A stretch of 32,000 nucleotides of DNA from NCBI RefSeq assembly GCF_000020225.1, contig NC_010655.1, forward strand, positions 1,470,001 to 1,502,000. Direction: 5' to 3'. The first letter of the stretch is position 1, and every line of letters starts with the position of its first letter. This DNA is from Akkermansia muciniphila ATCC BAA-835 (lineage in GTDB: Bacteria > Verrucomicrobiota > Verrucomicrobiia > Verrucomicrobiales > Akkermansiaceae). Shown here in pieces: positions 31,602-32,000 of the stretch. The notes under the pieces are model-generated. The model saw only the letters and a program-made list of their open reading frames with translations, was not told where the DNA came from and searched no databases. Position numbers and translations under genes: made by a program.

Positions 31602-32000
31602 TTAAAGGTTTTGGGCGTGGTACTCCTGAATAGTGCACACCTGAAGATTTTTGTTCTTCAGCGCCTCAATGGCATTCACGCAGGCCTGCGCGGAAGCCAG
31701 GTTGGTGCAATAGGAGGTTTTGGCGGCAATGGCGGAGGAACGGATGATGATGTCGTCCGCCCGCGCGTCGTGGGAGCCGGGGGTGTTGATGATGAAATCA
31801 ATATCCCCGTTTTTAATATGGTCCACGATGTTGGGGCGGCGCGCCTCGTTGACTTTGTAGGCGCGTTCGCATTCAATGTCGTGCTGGAGCAGGTGAATCA
31901 TCGTGCCGCGCGTGGCGCACAGCGTGAATCCCATGTCCGCCAGCTGCCGGGCCATGTGAAGCACCCGTTCCTTGTCCCGGTCATTCACGGAGATGAAGAC
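31602..32000 (-). CDS. carB: Carbamoyl-phosphate synthase large subunit, C-terminal (MGS-like/allosteric) end; gene continues past the right edge
   Basis: 'FISVNDRDKE..L.MARQLADMGFTLCATRGT...L....I....V.KV.E.RPNIVDHIKNGDIDFIINT' is the CarB C-terminal MGS-like domain. The frame is open to position 32000. Confidence 0.9.
   Translation of the reverse strand, partial: VFISVNDRDKERVLHMARQLADMGFTLCATRGTMIHLLQHDIECERAYKVNEARRPNIVDHIKNGDIDFIINTPGSHDARADDIIIRSSAIAAKTSYCTNLASAQACVNAIEALKNKNLQVCTIQEYHAQNL

Overview
This is a densely coding chromosomal segment. I support 31 protein-coding genes (two cut by the window edges), one tRNA-Ser, and several intrinsic terminators and putative promoters. I see no rRNA, CRISPR array, transposase, integrase, phage or toxin-antitoxin genes, so this is core genome rather than an accessory island. 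By my own recognition the proteins look Verrucomicrobiota-like, possibly Akkermansia, but that is unverified without a search. Gene order, left to right:
- OPT transporter (-, partial), pyrF, a TonB-like protein, and a CBS-domain family II pyrophosphatase.
- dnaX-ybaB-EEP phosphoesterase (-).
- Two tandem paralogous membrane-anchored coiled-coil proteins, a small lipoprotein ORF, and tRNA-Ser(CGA).
- infA / nnr-radC (-), rplM-rpsI, and uvrC-rlmH (-).
- A long plus-strand operon: exbB/tolQ-like, exbD/tolR-like, an 810-aa TPR protein, a class-A-PBP-like protein, suhB-like and ispF.
- AmiD-like amidase (-), manA (-), and a TM/Pro-rich/PA14-like protein (-).
- nhaC-fcl-gmd (-) and carA-carB (-, carB partial).

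Five things deserve a second look:
1. A stop-free, in-frame RPxG-repeat extension of about 100 codons lies upstream of infA. It has a strong Shine-Dalgarno but no ATG/GTG/TTG.
2. The ExbB/ExbD-TPR-PBP operon resembles a compacted Tol/CpoB/PBP1B module.
3. The PBP in that operon keeps all glycosyltransferase motifs, but all three transpeptidase motifs have lost their catalytic residues.
4. The two coiled-coil paralogs end in a beta domain that looks MreC-like.
5. A TonB-style anchored PA14-like protein sits inside the GDP-fucose/mannose locus.

The many long antisense ORFs in the track are judged to be compositional shadows of the real genes.
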